64,000 bases of DNA from an uncultured Mycoplasmatota bacterium (GTDB lineage Bacteria > Bacillota_I > Bacilli_A > RF39 > UBA660). Below the pieces are notes generated by a model. It was not told the origin of the DNA. It searched no databases and saw only the letters and a program-made list of their open reading frames with translations. The DNA is taken from contig CAMYVW010000003.1 of the NCBI GenBank assembly GCA_947302655.1, positions 12,280-76,279 on the forward strand, read 5' to 3'. Each line of letters begins with the position of its first letter. The first letter of the stretch is position 1. Positions 48,855 through 58,503 of the stretch are shown one piece after another. A program made the position numbers and the translations under genes.

Positions 48855-49413
48855 TTAAATTCCCTTTCTTTCTTACTAATTTAGGTCCTTCAGTAAAAAA
48901 TATATCATCTGTTTTCTCAACTAGAGTTGAATATTTTTCTTTTAGTTCATTTAATACTGATATTCTACTTACACCTTTTAAAATTTGACTAACAGAAATA
49001 AAAGCTAAAGCAGAATATAGAAATGGTTTCTTATTAAAATTATATACAGAATAAGTAAAAACTGGTGCAAAACCTAAGGAGATACAAATTTTGATTTTTT
49101 GTATGATTTCATCTGCCTTTACAGATGATAATGCATCGATATTGTTATCAAGTTGATTTGAAACCACAGGATCATGCAGAAAAATAAGATATGCATACAA
49201 ACTTCTCATCTGATCTTTTAATAATTCAGATGTCTTTTTATTATTTACATACTTTTTTTCTTCACTGCATACATTTAAATCATCGTCTATAAAAATATAA
49301 CGAGCTGTTACTTCACATGCTTCTTCATCAACAACAATATTATTAACAAGTTTACATGGAGTAGGTTTATTATCAAAAGCTTTTGTATCTACATCAAGTA
49401 ATACTTTTTTCAT
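48826..49413 (-). CDS. hypothetical protein
   Basis: 195-aa intact ORF. It overlaps the upstream gene by 29 nt. Confidence 0.3.
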   Translation of the reverse strand: MKKVLLDVDTKAFDNKPTPCKLVNNIVVDEEACEVTARYIFIDDDLNVCSEEKKYVNNKKTSELLKDQMRSLYAYLIFLHDPVVSNQLDNNIDALSSVKADEIIQKIKICISLGFAPVFTYSVYNFNKKPFLYSALAFISVSQILKGVSRISVLNELKEKYSTLVEKTDDIFFTEGPKLVRKKGNLNEKESSNRS

Positions 49414-49421
49414 GGTTCCTC

Positions 49422-49895
49422 CTAACCAATAAAATCTGTAATTAAATCAAGTATTTTTTTGTTGTTAAATACAGGTTTTCTTGGTTTAAATTTCTTCAAG
49501 TTTTTATATTCTTTAACAAAATCATCATAACTAGTAACCATTTTTATATAACCCAGATTTGAAAACTTTTCCACAAGTTGAATTTGATGATTATTTCTAT
49601 GTTCATTAAATTCTTTTAATCTTGGCATAGCAAAAACCTTTTTACCCATTTTTAAACTATCAGTAATAATACCAACACCACCATGGCAAACAATTAAATC
49701 CGCATCATTCATAAGACTTTCAAGTTTATCAGATGGTATATAATTATATAATTTCATATTATTACTTAAGTATTTTGTAGAACCAAGTTGAACAACAACT
49801 TCATCTTTTATAATGCCATTATTTATAGCATTATCAATTATTCTTACTAACCTATAAAATTGTTTATCTTGAGTTCCAAGCGCTACTAATATCAT
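49422..49895 (-). CDS. Alg13-like glycosyltransferase subunit (GT28 C-terminal domain; Cps14G/EpsF-type)
   Basis: MILVALGTQDKQF…CHGGVGIITDSLKMGKK…. Confidence 0.6.
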   Translation of the reverse strand: MILVALGTQDKQFYRLVRIIDNAINNGIIKDEVVVQLGSTKYLSNNMKLYNYIPSDKLESLMNDADLIVCHGGVGIITDSLKMGKKVFAMPRLKEFNEHRNNHQIQLVEKFSNLGYIKMVTSYDDFVKEYKNLKKFKPRKPVFNNKKILDLITDFIG

Positions 49896-50365
49896 ATTAT
49901 CCAACCCCCATACACAGCGTTTGGATACACTTTTAACATATCTTCCCACTGCACTATAAATAAGTCAGCAAATTTATAAATTCTTTTGCCCGTCTTAGTT
50001 GGAGTATTTATATTAGCCATTGTTTCTATATAAATAATTTTAGATCCAAATAACTTGCCAATACAAGAAATTGGACCAGCCGCAAAAGCACCTGTTGTAA
50101 CAATATATTTAGGTCTAATCATTATATAGTAAAATAAACTTATAAAACAATCTAAAAATAATTTAAATATATTAACTAATTTATAATTAGAACATTTAAG
50201 TAAAAAATGAATATTATATTTTTTATACTTATTTTTAAAATATTTCTTGTTATCTGGTTTTTCAGTTAAAATAGACACATCATATTTTTTGAATAGCGGT
50301 TCTAATTTCATAAGTTCATTAAAGTGTCCACCTTTACTTGAAACAAACATTACTCTTTTTTTCAT
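49892..50365 (-). CDS. Alg14-like membrane-anchoring glycosyltransferase subunit (Cps14F-type)
   Basis: RBS GTGAGGT followed by ATG; MKKRVMFVSSKGGHFNELMKL…IVTTGAFAAGPI…; ATGA overlap with the Alg13-like gene. Confidence 0.6.
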   Translation of the reverse strand: MKKRVMFVSSKGGHFNELMKLEPLFKKYDVSILTEKPDNKKYFKNKYKKYNIHFLLKCSNYKLVNIFKLFLDCFISLFYYIMIRPKYIVTTGAFAAGPISCIGKLFGSKIIYIETMANINTPTKTGKRIYKFADLFIVQWEDMLKVYPNAVYGGWII

Positions 50366-50375
50366 ATCGACCTCA

Positions 50376-50840
50376 CTAGTCCGTAGAACAAAGTCTTGAC
50401 TGAATATCAGAAGATTCTTCACCACAGTATAATGAAGCCTGTTCAGATGACTCTTCAACTAAACCTGAAGAAACAACCTCTGAATCATCAATAATATAAT
50501 GTCCATTACTTAACCATAGATTTGATAAATAAATATCACCACTTGTATAAACTAAAATGCTTCCTTTAATCTTTGTATTTGGGTCTAAATCTTGGGGAGA
50601 ATAACATTTGCAAATATTGTTCCCGTTAGCATTTTCAGCAAGCATTTGTAATTTAGTTACCTCATTTATAAAGTCATCACGACTTGGAACAACTTCACTT
50701 TCTTCAACTATTTTATCACTCTTCTCATCTTCAATTTTTTTATCTTCTTTTTGATTATATTTATATAGAAAAAAATACACTGCTGCCGCTCCAATTAAAA
50801 TAACCAATAAATATACAAAAAATTTTTTCATTAATACCAT
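50376..50840 (-). CDS. membrane-anchored hypothetical protein
   Basis: N-terminal TM (FVYLLVILIGAAAVYFFLY), 154 aa. Confidence 0.35.
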   Translation of the reverse strand: MVLMKKFFVYLLVILIGAAAVYFFLYKYNQKEDKKIEDEKSDKIVEESEVVPSRDDFINEVTKLQMLAENANGNNICKCYSPQDLDPNTKIKGSILVYTSGDIYLSNLWLSNGHYIIDDSEVVSSGLVEESSEQASLYCGEESSDIQSRLCSTD

Positions 50841-50952
50841 CCTCGCACATATAAATTATATCAAAAATATATTTGTTTGTAATCATGATAATATTATAAA
50901 AAGCAAAAAAGTTCGGAGAACCGAACTTTTGAAACAACAATATAAGTATATA

Positions 50953-51372
50953 TTAACGTTTTGAGAATTGTGGAGCACGACGTGCTTTTTTAAGACCATA
51001 TTTCTTACGTTCTTTACTACGTGAATCACGAGTAACAAAACCGTTTACTTTAAGAATCTTTCTGTAAGCTGTATCACTAGATTGATCAGTATTAGAATCA
51101 AATGCCATTAAAGCTCTTGTAATACCTAAACGAATAGCTCCAGTTTGACCAGAGAATCCGCCACCCTTAACTGTAACATCAATATCGAATCTATTTTCAT
51201 TATTAGTAACAACTAATGGTTGTTTAAGATCCATAACTAATGTTTCGTAAGGCATGTAATCATTAACATCTTGTCCGTTAACAGTGATTTTACCAGTTCC
51301 GCCAACCATTCTTACTTGAGCGATTGATCTTTTACGACGACCTGTAGCAGTCCAAACTTGTTTATTAGCCAT
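50953..51372 (-). CDS. rpsI: 30S ribosomal protein S9
   Basis: …GRRKRSIAQVRMVGGTGKITVNG…LKKARRAPQFSKR. Confidence 0.95.
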   Translation of the reverse strand: MANKQVWTATGRRKRSIAQVRMVGGTGKITVNGQDVNDYMPYETLVMDLKQPLVVTNNENRFDIDVTVKGGGFSGQTGAIRLGITRALMAFDSNTDQSSDTAYRKILKVNGFVTRDSRSKERKKYGLKKARRAPQFSKR

Positions 51373-51383
51373 TGTTAACCTCC

Positions 51384-51815
51384 CTATTTAACTTCCATTA
51401 CTTCTGGTTTTTGAGCTTCATGTTTATGATCAGCACCAGCATATACAAATAATTTCTTACCCATAGCTCTACCTAAAGCGTTATGAGGAAGCATTCCTTT
51501 GATAGCTCTTTCAACCATTTCTTCTGGATATTTTTCAATCATAGTTTTAGCATTACGTTCTCTTAGTCCTCCTGGGAATCCACTGTGGTTATAATACATT
51601 TTGTCTTCTAACTTATTACCAGTTAAAATAACTTTATCTGCATTAATAACAATTACATAATCTCCACAATCAACATATGGAGTATATGTAGGTTTATGTT
51701 TTCCTCTTAGAACTGTAGCAACTTTAGTAGCTAAACGTCCTAAAGTTTTTCCCTCTGCGTCAACAACATACCACTTACGATCTACTGTTTCTTTTTTTTG
51801 CATAAATGTACTCAT
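51384..51815 (-). CDS. rplM: 50S ribosomal protein L13
   Basis: [46 protein letters not shown]…. Confidence 0.92.
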   Translation of the reverse strand: MSTFMQKKETVDRKWYVVDAEGKTLGRLATKVATVLRGKHKPTYTPYVDCGDYVIVINADKVILTGNKLEDKMYYNHSGFPGGLRERNAKTMIEKYPEEMVERAIKGMLPHNALGRAMGKKLFVYAGADHKHEAQKPEVMEVK

Positions 51816-51946
51816 TTTAAATCCTTTCATTGCTTTCAATGCTTCAACTTTCCCACGGTTTAACATATCAGGCAAATAAAATGTACCGCTATAAATTATA
51901 TGAAATTACATATAAAAAGTCAATTAAAAACAGCAAAAAACTCCTG

Positions 51947-52681
51947 TTATTTACTGTTTTTACACATTTTATAATAAATATTTACCAAAGTTAATCCTTT
52001 TGCAGGTGCAGTTGAAAGCATCTTATCAGTTTTCGGAGAGTTTAAAAGGCTTTGTATATCTTCTATTTTTGCTCTTCCTTTTCCAACATCAATTAATGCT
52101 CCAACCATATTCCTTACCATATACCTATAGAAACTCTTACCATAGAAATGAATTGTTAATTTATTGGATTGTCTTACAAAACGTATTTTATAAATTATGC
52201 ACTCATAATTATTTCGCTCTCCACTTACAAAGTTTTGAAAATTATGAACTCCAATAAAACACTTTGAAGCTTTTTTCATTTCATTTATATTCAATTTTTT
52301 TGAATATAATAAATAATCAGAGTTATAGTCTTTCTTACTAAAAGATATCTTATACATATAATGCTTCTTTATAACAGAAAAACGGGAATGAAAATCATCT
52401 GAAACACTTTTTATTTTTTTTACCTTAATATAAATTAAATTATGATTTAAATATTTTTTTAATCTTAATAAATCGACACTGTCATCATAATCAAAATGAA
52501 AGTGTTGTCCCTTAGCATGAACGCCTTTGTCTGTCCTTCCCGCACCCTTGATTAATATTTTTTGATTAAAATATGTTGATAAGTTTTTTTCTATTTCGCT
52601 TTGAACAGAATTTTTATCATTTTGTCTTTGAAATCCGTAAAACTTACTACCATCATAACTGATTTTTACAAGATATCTCAT
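51947..52681 (-). CDS. truA: tRNA pseudouridine(38-40) synthase
   Basis: MRYLVKISYDGSKFYGFQRQ…GAGRTDKGVHA…. Confidence 0.85.
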   Translation of the reverse strand: MRYLVKISYDGSKFYGFQRQNDKNSVQSEIEKNLSTYFNQKILIKGAGRTDKGVHAKGQHFHFDYDDSVDLLRLKKYLNHNLIYIKVKKIKSVSDDFHSRFSVIKKHYMYKISFSKKDYNSDYLLYSKKLNINEMKKASKCFIGVHNFQNFVSGERNNYECIIYKIRFVRQSNKLTIHFYGKSFYRYMVRNMVGALIDVGKGRAKIEDIQSLLNSPKTDKMLSTAPAKGLTLVNIYYKMCKNSK

Positions 52682-53262
52682 TTTAACTCCCTATAAATAG
52701 CTTTTAAAACTTCATTTATATCATAATAATCTTCATGAAGATGATTTAAGTTTCTAGATTTACATACAAAATCAATTAAATGATGATTGTTAAAATATTC
52801 ATATACTTTTTCTTTGTAAATATCTTTTTTAGATATTATATGTTCAACTTCTCCGTTTTTAAAAATATGATACTCATCAACTAGATTCAAACAAAAAGAA
52901 AAATCATTCGTATTAATTAAAAAGGTAAATTTATAATCTTTTGATAGTTTTTTAAAAAGCTTTTTAAAATACTCTCTTTCTTTATAACACATACCTTTTT
53001 CAAAAAAATCGAGAAATATAACTTTTGAATCCATAATCAAGTCTTTTGCGAGAAGCAACTTATTATATTCAACATTTGATAAATCATTTGATTTTTTTAA
53101 TATATAATCTTCATTTAAATTTACCATTTTAAGAGCTTCAAGCACTTTATCTTTTTTTATAGAACGCGGTAGATTATCAAATATATATATTTCTTTTTTA
53201 TAATGTCTATATGAATTAAAACTATTGTCGATTATAGCAATAACTTTACCTTCTATTTCCAT
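52678..53262 (-). CDS. degenerate EcfA-like ABC ATPase domain protein (all catalytic motifs mutated)
   Basis: GKVIAIIDNSFNSYRH sits where Walker A belongs. DLSNVEYNKLLLAKDLIMDSKVIFLDFFEKGM replaces LSGGQ…ILLDEPT. FTFLINTNDF replaces the H-loop. It occupies the conserved ecfA position 5' of truA. Confidence 0.45.
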   Translation of the reverse strand: MEIEGKVIAIIDNSFNSYRHYKKEIYIFDNLPRSIKKDKVLEALKMVNLNEDYILKKSNDLSNVEYNKLLLAKDLIMDSKVIFLDFFEKGMCYKEREYFKKLFKKLSKDYKFTFLINTNDFSFCLNLVDEYHIFKNGEVEHIISKKDIYKEKVYEYFNNHHLIDFVCKSRNLNHLHEDYYDINEVLKAIYRELK

Positions 53263-53894
53263 AAAGCACTCACCAGCCCATCAACATCAGTATAAGTTTT
53301 TTTAACTAAATCATATGACTTCAATTTTAAGGATAAATCAAAAATAAAAGGTAAATTAAAACCTAACCTTTTTAAAAGTTTCTCCTCTGATAATACATCT
53401 TCAGTTTTTCCTTCAATGGCAACCCCAGATTCTGTTAAAACCATAAGATTCTTGGTCATAAAAACATCTTCAATATCTGATGTAATATTAATATAAATAA
53501 TATGATTTTCACTTAAATACTTTTTAATAATTTGTTTTTGCTCATCAGATAAGTAAGTAAAAACATTATCAAATATAACTATTCCTTCATTACTACTTAA
53601 AGCTGAAAGAACTTTTATATATATAATAGAAGATAAATCTAAAGAAGATATTATTTTATTTGTAATTGTTTGAAGATTAAAATAAGGAATTAAATTCATT
53701 TTAAATCCATTTAATTCAAGATATTTTTTTACAGAAATATTAAATGGTATTACATCAGAATTAATAAAAATATAATCTTCAAGAGGTAAAATATTTAATA
53801 ATCTATTTTTTATCTTTTCATCATTATAAATAATTGTTGAACAAACATCATACAATGTTAATTTGTATTTATCATATGTAAAAATCTTCTTCAT
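53253..53894 (-). CDS. degenerate EcfA-like ABC ATPase domain protein, second copy
   Basis: DLSSIIYIKVLSALSSNEGIVIFDNVFTYLSDEQK…IIYINITSDIEDVFMTKNLMVLTESGVAIEGKTEDVL aligns to the ABC signature, Walker B and H-loop regions, with every catalytic residue replaced. The C-terminus LLKRLGFNLPFIFDLSLKL resembles the EcfA C-terminal helix. There is no P-loop. Confidence 0.45.
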   Translation of the reverse strand: MKKIFTYDKYKLTLYDVCSTIIYNDEKIKNRLLNILPLEDYIFINSDVIPFNISVKKYLELNGFKMNLIPYFNLQTITNKIISSLDLSSIIYIKVLSALSSNEGIVIFDNVFTYLSDEQKQIIKKYLSENHIIYINITSDIEDVFMTKNLMVLTESGVAIEGKTEDVLSEEKLLKRLGFNLPFIFDLSLKLKSYDLVKKTYTDVDGLVSALWK

Positions 53895-53997
53895 AACTAA
53901 AATCTCCGTTTACTTATTATACTAAAACTAATTCAAAAGAAAAAGAATTAATATTAAATATTAATTCATTTGTTTAGTATTTATATAAAAACAATAG

Positions 53998-54297
53998 TTA
54001 GTTTGCTCTAATAATTATCTCATCTGGAGCTGAATATAGATATTTTTCCCTAGCATACCTTGCAACATACTCAGGGTTTTCAAGTTTTGTTGTTTCTGCT
54101 TTAAGAGATGCTTCTTCATCAAGAAGAACTTTCTTTTGATCATTCAATAAATGAATCTGGCGGTTATTATTTAGAATTTGTACCCAATCAGAAAAGACGC
54201 TTTTTACTAAAAAAGCTGATAAAGAAACCACTAAAAAAGATATCATAATAATACGTCTTTTTTCTTTTTTGCTCTTTCTTTTCTCCATACATACCAC
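53998..54297 (-). CDS. septum formation initiator (DivIC/FtsB family)
   Basis: One TM plus a coiled coil (…LLNDQKKVLLDEEASLKAETTKLENPEYVARYAREKY…). Confidence 0.6.
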   Translation of the reverse strand: MVCMEKRKSKKEKRRIIMISFLVVSLSAFLVKSVFSDWVQILNNNRQIHLLNDQKKVLLDEEASLKAETTKLENPEYVARYAREKYLYSAPDEIIIRAN

Positions 54298-54318
54298 CTA
54301 TTATTAGTAATTATATCA

Positions 54319-54621
54319 TTATTTCTTTAAAAAAATCGTCTTTTTTAGTCGCTTTACACCATTATTGACTTTTCTTGATATAAAATAACCTATAGCAAAA
54401 AATAAAAGATAACCATAATGAATATACCCTCCATTAAAATAATAATAAGTCTTTATTATTAAAAATGATGAAATAAAAATATAAAATATATCAATAAAAA
54501 TTCTTATAAAAATATTATTTGAATTTATTTTTAAAATTATAAACTTTAAAACAAAATAATAAATAATCCCAATAATTATAGCTATTAACCAACTACCAAG
54601 TTGTGTAACATTATTGATCAT
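54319..54621 (-). CDS. YabQ-like small membrane protein
   Basis: 100-aa polytopic protein lying between yabP and divIC, as in Bacillus. Confidence 0.45.
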   Translation of the reverse strand: MINNVTQLGSWLIAIIIGIIYYFVLKFIILKINSNNIFIRIFIDIFYIFISSFLIIKTYYYFNGGYIHYGYLLFFAIGYFISRKVNNGVKRLKKTIFLKK

Positions 54622-54896
54622 TATTTAAACAACTTCGTAAAAATAGATTCCTTACCTTCTTTTTTACTATCCAAATAAGAAATACTATTTATCTTTCCTT
54701 TTATTTTTATATCTCCTTTGTCAGTATCTAACTGAAGTACTTCAAGATTCTTTCCCTTAATATATATATTACCCATAACAGAATTGAGTAAGAATTCATC
54801 AATATCAAAATTAGATATTTTTGTAATTCCAGTTAAAGATAATAAATCTCTATTAACAATTTTTACCTCATGGGTTTTATATAAAACTTCATTCAT
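54621..54896 (-). CDS. yabP: sporulation protein YabP
   Basis: …VNRDLLSLTGITKISNFDIDEFLLNSVMGNIYIKGKNLEVLQLDTDKGDIKIKGKINSISY…. Confidence 0.7.
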   Translation of the reverse strand: MNEVLYKTHEVKIVNRDLLSLTGITKISNFDIDEFLLNSVMGNIYIKGKNLEVLQLDTDKGDIKIKGKINSISYLDSKKEGKESIFTKLFK

Positions 54897-54962
54897 ATTA
54901 TCACCTAATACATTATATTAAGGCAAAATAAAAAAAATGCTTTAAAAGCATTTTTAAATTCA

Positions 54963-55232
54963 CTATTCTGCTGCATCTGGAGCATTATTATACTCTTCTA
55001 AAATAGCATCTTGAAATTCTTTACGTACATCAGAATTTAGAGGATGACATATATCACTAAATCCACCAGTAGCTTTTTTCTTGCTAGGCATAGCGATGAA
55101 TAAACCATTTTCTCCTTCTATAATTCTTATGTCATGAATGGCAAATGCATCGTCTAGTACAACAGAAGCAAAACCTTTCACGTTTGAACCTTCACGGTCA
55201 AACTTTCTAACAGTAACTGATGTAATTTTCAT
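54963..55232 (-). CDS. spoVG: septation/sporulation regulator SpoVG
   Basis: MKITSVTVRKFDREGSNVKGFASVVLDDAFAIHDIRIIEGENGLFIAMPSKK…. Confidence 0.9.
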   Translation of the reverse strand: MKITSVTVRKFDREGSNVKGFASVVLDDAFAIHDIRIIEGENGLFIAMPSKKKATGGFSDICHPLNSDVRKEFQDAILEEYNNAPDAAE

Positions 55233-55288
55233 TATATCCTCCTATCTATGTAATAATTATATCATATTTTTTAAAATACAATAAAAAA

Positions 55289-55501
55289 TTATACATATTC
55301 AATTAAAATATCTTTAATAGCAACATCAGCATAAGAAAAAGACTTCTCCCCACTTTTTGTCATTATACTAAATATATTTGGGTATAATCTAAATATTTTT
55401 CCTTCATATATTTGTTTTTTATTTCGAATACCTCTAACAGTAATGACAACGTCAGAATTTATTTTCCTTGAGATATTCTTTTTTATAACATCAAGATTCA
55501 T
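55289..55501 (-). CDS. veg: Veg family protein
   Basis: 70-aa protein with …VITVRGIRNKKQIYEGKIFRLYPNIFSIM…SFSYADVAIKDI… It sits between yabG and spoVG, as in Bacillus. Confidence 0.65.
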   Translation of the reverse strand: MNLDVIKKNISRKINSDVVITVRGIRNKKQIYEGKIFRLYPNIFSIMTKSGEKSFSYADVAIKDILIEYV

Positions 55502-56268
55502 GATCTTGGAAACCCCACATACATTAATCCATTACAAATAATTCCACCCATGCCGTCAGGTCCATATTTTGTTTTATTAAGTAAATTTACTATATCAATA
55601 TTTTTGTTTCTTTCAGTTATAGCAACACTTGTTGCTATAATAGCTGGATCAAGTGCATGAATATTAATTCTTTTTGGACTTGATGCAAAGTTAGAACCAG
55701 CTTTTATTAAATCTTCATAATCGCTTTGACATGCCCCAGATATTATTACCAGTTTATCTTGACTTCTTTCATATTTTCTTGCAGATTTTACAGCTTTAAC
55801 AAAATTATTTGAATTTTTATAATTTTTAATATCGTGAATATCTCCTGATTTTTTGTTATAAGCATCATGCCCAGTTATAACAAGAATATCAGGTTTATAA
55901 TTTTTTAACAGTGCCGGTATTTGATCAGCCATGTTTTCTTCTTTTACTTTCTTACCTATAGCAAACACTTTTTTATCTTTATAAAATTTTAAACATCTAT
56001 CTAAATATTCACCATCTCCATCAAGATGAAGAATTTTTCCAGGAAGATAAAAGTAATTTCCACGATCTATATTTTCCTCTTCAATATCAACATTAAACTC
56101 TTCTATATTATTATCAGCCAAATTAATATCCATAATAGGAGCATCTGCTAGAAGTCTAACGTCGACTCCTTTTAAATAAACTATATCATCTTCGATACTT
56201 ATTATCTTAAAAATAATATCATTATTATAACTTTTCCTTGTTACAAAATCCCCCAAATTAAAATTCAT
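55498..56268 (-). CDS. yabG: sporulation-specific protease YabG (peptidase U57)
   Basis: 256 aa with …PDILVITGHDAYNKK…, positioned between rsmA and veg. Confidence 0.7.
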   Translation of the reverse strand: MNFNLGDFVTRKSYNNDIIFKIISIEDDIVYLKGVDVRLLADAPIMDINLADNNIEEFNVDIEEENIDRGNYFYLPGKILHLDGDGEYLDRCLKFYKDKKVFAIGKKVKEENMADQIPALLKNYKPDILVITGHDAYNKKSGDIHDIKNYKNSNNFVKAVKSARKYERSQDKLVIISGACQSDYEDLIKAGSNFASSPKRINIHALDPAIIATSVAITERNKNIDIVNLLNKTKYGPDGMGGIICNGLMYVGFPRS

Positions 56269-56299
56269 AGAATCACCTATTTAATTCTATGAATTCTTT

Positions 56300-57073
56300 T
56301 TAAAGTAAATTACTTAAATCTATAAAAATATCCGCAGATAGTTCTTCTGCTCGTGCATTTAGATTTATATTATTATTTACTAAATATGGTAATATCTTTT
56401 CCCATGTTTCATTAGATAAATTATTCTTTAATGTTTTTCTTTTGTGTGAAAAAGCAGCTGAAATTAATTTATCGAATTTTTCCTTATTAACCAACTTGTT
56501 GTTTTCTTTTTTTAATTCTAATTTAACAACTGCAGAATCAACTTTTGGAACTGGATTAAAGCAGGTATTTTTCACTATAAATAATTTTTTAACATTATAT
56601 AAGGCATTAAGTTTTACTGTCATGTAACCATATTCCTTCGTTCTAGGTAAGGCAGAAAATCTTTCTGCTACTTCTTTTTGAACCATAACAACCATTGAGC
56701 CAATCTTAACATTCAACGTAATTAATTTCTCAATAATAGGAGTTGTAATATAATATGGAAGATTAGCAACAACATAAATATTTTTATATGGAAATATAGA
56801 AATTTCTTTGATTATATCAACATTTAAAATATCATTATAAACAATCTTTGTTCTATCATCCTCAAGAGTATCCAAACATTCATGCATTCTTTCATCTATT
56901 TCAAATGCTATTAAAAATGATTTTTTGTTTTTAAGTTTTCTTGTTAAAGCCCCTTGACCAGGACCAATTTCTATAATTAAATCGTTTTCTTTAACATCAA
57001 CCGACTCAACAATTTTATCAATTATATTCTCATCTTGTAAAAAATTTTGACCTAAAGATTTTTTTGCTTTCAT
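56300..57073 (-). CDS. rsmA: 16S rRNA (adenine1518/1519-N6)-dimethyltransferase
   Basis: MKAKKSLGQNFLQDENIIDKIV…IGPGQGALT…. Confidence 0.9.
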   Translation of the reverse strand: MKAKKSLGQNFLQDENIIDKIVESVDVKENDLIIEIGPGQGALTRKLKNKKSFLIAFEIDERMHECLDTLEDDRTKIVYNDILNVDIIKEISIFPYKNIYVVANLPYYITTPIIEKLITLNVKIGSMVVMVQKEVAERFSALPRTKEYGYMTVKLNALYNVKKLFIVKNTCFNPVPKVDSAVVKLELKKENNKLVNKEKFDKLISAAFSHKRKTLKNNLSNETWEKILPYLVNNNINLNARAEELSADIFIDLSNLL

Positions 57074-57106
57074 AAATAAACCTTTCTATTAATAAAACAG
57101 AATGTT

Positions 57107-57646
57107 TTACCATCCTGTTCTAAGCACATCATAAGTTACAGTTGATCTTCCTATAAATCTTGATGCATATTCTTCTGTCTCTACAAGTAAATCTAAATTA
57201 TTACCAGGAACTCCTCTATCTAGTACAATTGCAAAAATTGGTTCACTTGAAATCTTTGGTTGATTAAATCTAATAATTGTTCCACATGGTAAATTTTTTG
57301 AAGATGCAACTATTTTTACAATACCATATTCCTGATCTGGATAATAATCTCTTCGATCTCTAACATTATAACTTGGAGCACATGCTAAAGTTCCTCCACA
57401 TAGAGGGCAATCATGAGAATATCCTGTTAGAGAACCTGTTAAGGTATCAACTGGAGTATATAAATCATTTTCGGCCATCTCAGTTACTTTAAGTGCCATT
57501 GTAGTTAAATCCACATTTCTATTAAAGTTATCATTCTCAACACGACCTAATACCTTAGAAGAGCTAGATTCAATGATAAAAATTGCAATTAAAAACAAAC
57601 AAACTTTTATAGTTCTTGTAAGAATTTTAAAGCTTCTTTTAATCAT
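57107..57646 (-). CDS. secreted 3D-domain (MltA-like) cell-wall protein
   Basis: Signal peptide plus a C-terminal CGTIIRFNQ…VLDRGVPGNNLDL… 3D domain. Confidence 0.6.
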   Translation of the reverse strand: MIKRSFKILTRTIKVCLFLIAIFIIESSSSKVLGRVENDNFNRNVDLTTMALKVTEMAENDLYTPVDTLTGSLTGYSHDCPLCGGTLACAPSYNVRDRRDYYPDQEYGIVKIVASSKNLPCGTIIRFNQPKISSEPIFAIVLDRGVPGNNLDLLVETEEYASRFIGRSTVTYDVLRTGW

Positions 57647-57689
57647 TTTATCACCTCTTTAAATTGCAATTATTTTAGCATAAACACAG

Positions 57690-58439
57690 TTATATGTCAA
57701 AAATGTCCATAACATTTTTATTGGTAATTTCTGAGAGATTTTCTAAAGAAATATCAAATACAGTTGATATCTTTTTTGCTATATAAACAATATTTTTACT
57801 CTCATTTTTTTGACCTCTAAAAGGTTCAGGAGTTAAATATGGAGAATCTGTTTCTAAAACAATATCGTTAGGTGATAATTTAGACAAAGTATCTGGTAGA
57901 TTACTATTTTTAAATGTAACTATACCATTAATTCCAAGTTTAAATCCCATACCTATATATATTTTAGCAGTTTCATAAGAGCCACTGAAAGAATGGATAA
58001 CTCCTTTTACTTTAAACTTTTTTAAAATATTAATAGTATCTTGAGTAGCATCTCTACTATGAATTACAACGGGAAGATGAAGTTCTTCGGCTAAAGATAA
58101 TTGTTTATAAAATAATTCTTTCTGTCTTTCTTTATTAAAGCCTTCATAGTGGTAATCTAGTCCAATCTCACCAACACCTATTACTTTTTTGTTTTTTAAT
58201 TGTTCTTTTAATATTTCAATATCTTCATCCTTATATACGTCAGCCTGATCTGGATGATAGCCAATAGTTGAATATACATTATCAAATTTTGAAGATAACT
58301 CGATAGATTCAATATTCGTTTTTATGGAATATCCTGAAGCTATAAATCTATTAATACCATTTTCAAATGCACTATCAAACATTTCTTTATAATCATCACA
58401 GTACTGTTTTTCTAAATGACAATGTGTATCAGTAAACAT
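57690..58439 (-). CDS. tatD: TatD-family metal-dependent DNase/hydrolase
   Basis: MFTDTHCHLE…, 249 aa. Confidence 0.85.
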   Translation of the reverse strand: MFTDTHCHLEKQYCDDYKEMFDSAFENGINRFIASGYSIKTNIESIELSSKFDNVYSTIGYHPDQADVYKDEDIEILKEQLKNKKVIGVGEIGLDYHYEGFNKERQKELFYKQLSLAEELHLPVVIHSRDATQDTINILKKFKVKGVIHSFSGSYETAKIYIGMGFKLGINGIVTFKNSNLPDTLSKLSPNDIVLETDSPYLTPEPFRGQKNESKNIVYIAKKISTVFDISLENLSEITNKNVMDIFDI

Positions 58440-58503
58440 GTATATCACCACAAACATTATATCAAAAAAATATTTCCCGGGAAATTATTTCTCCGGGAAA
58501 TAT

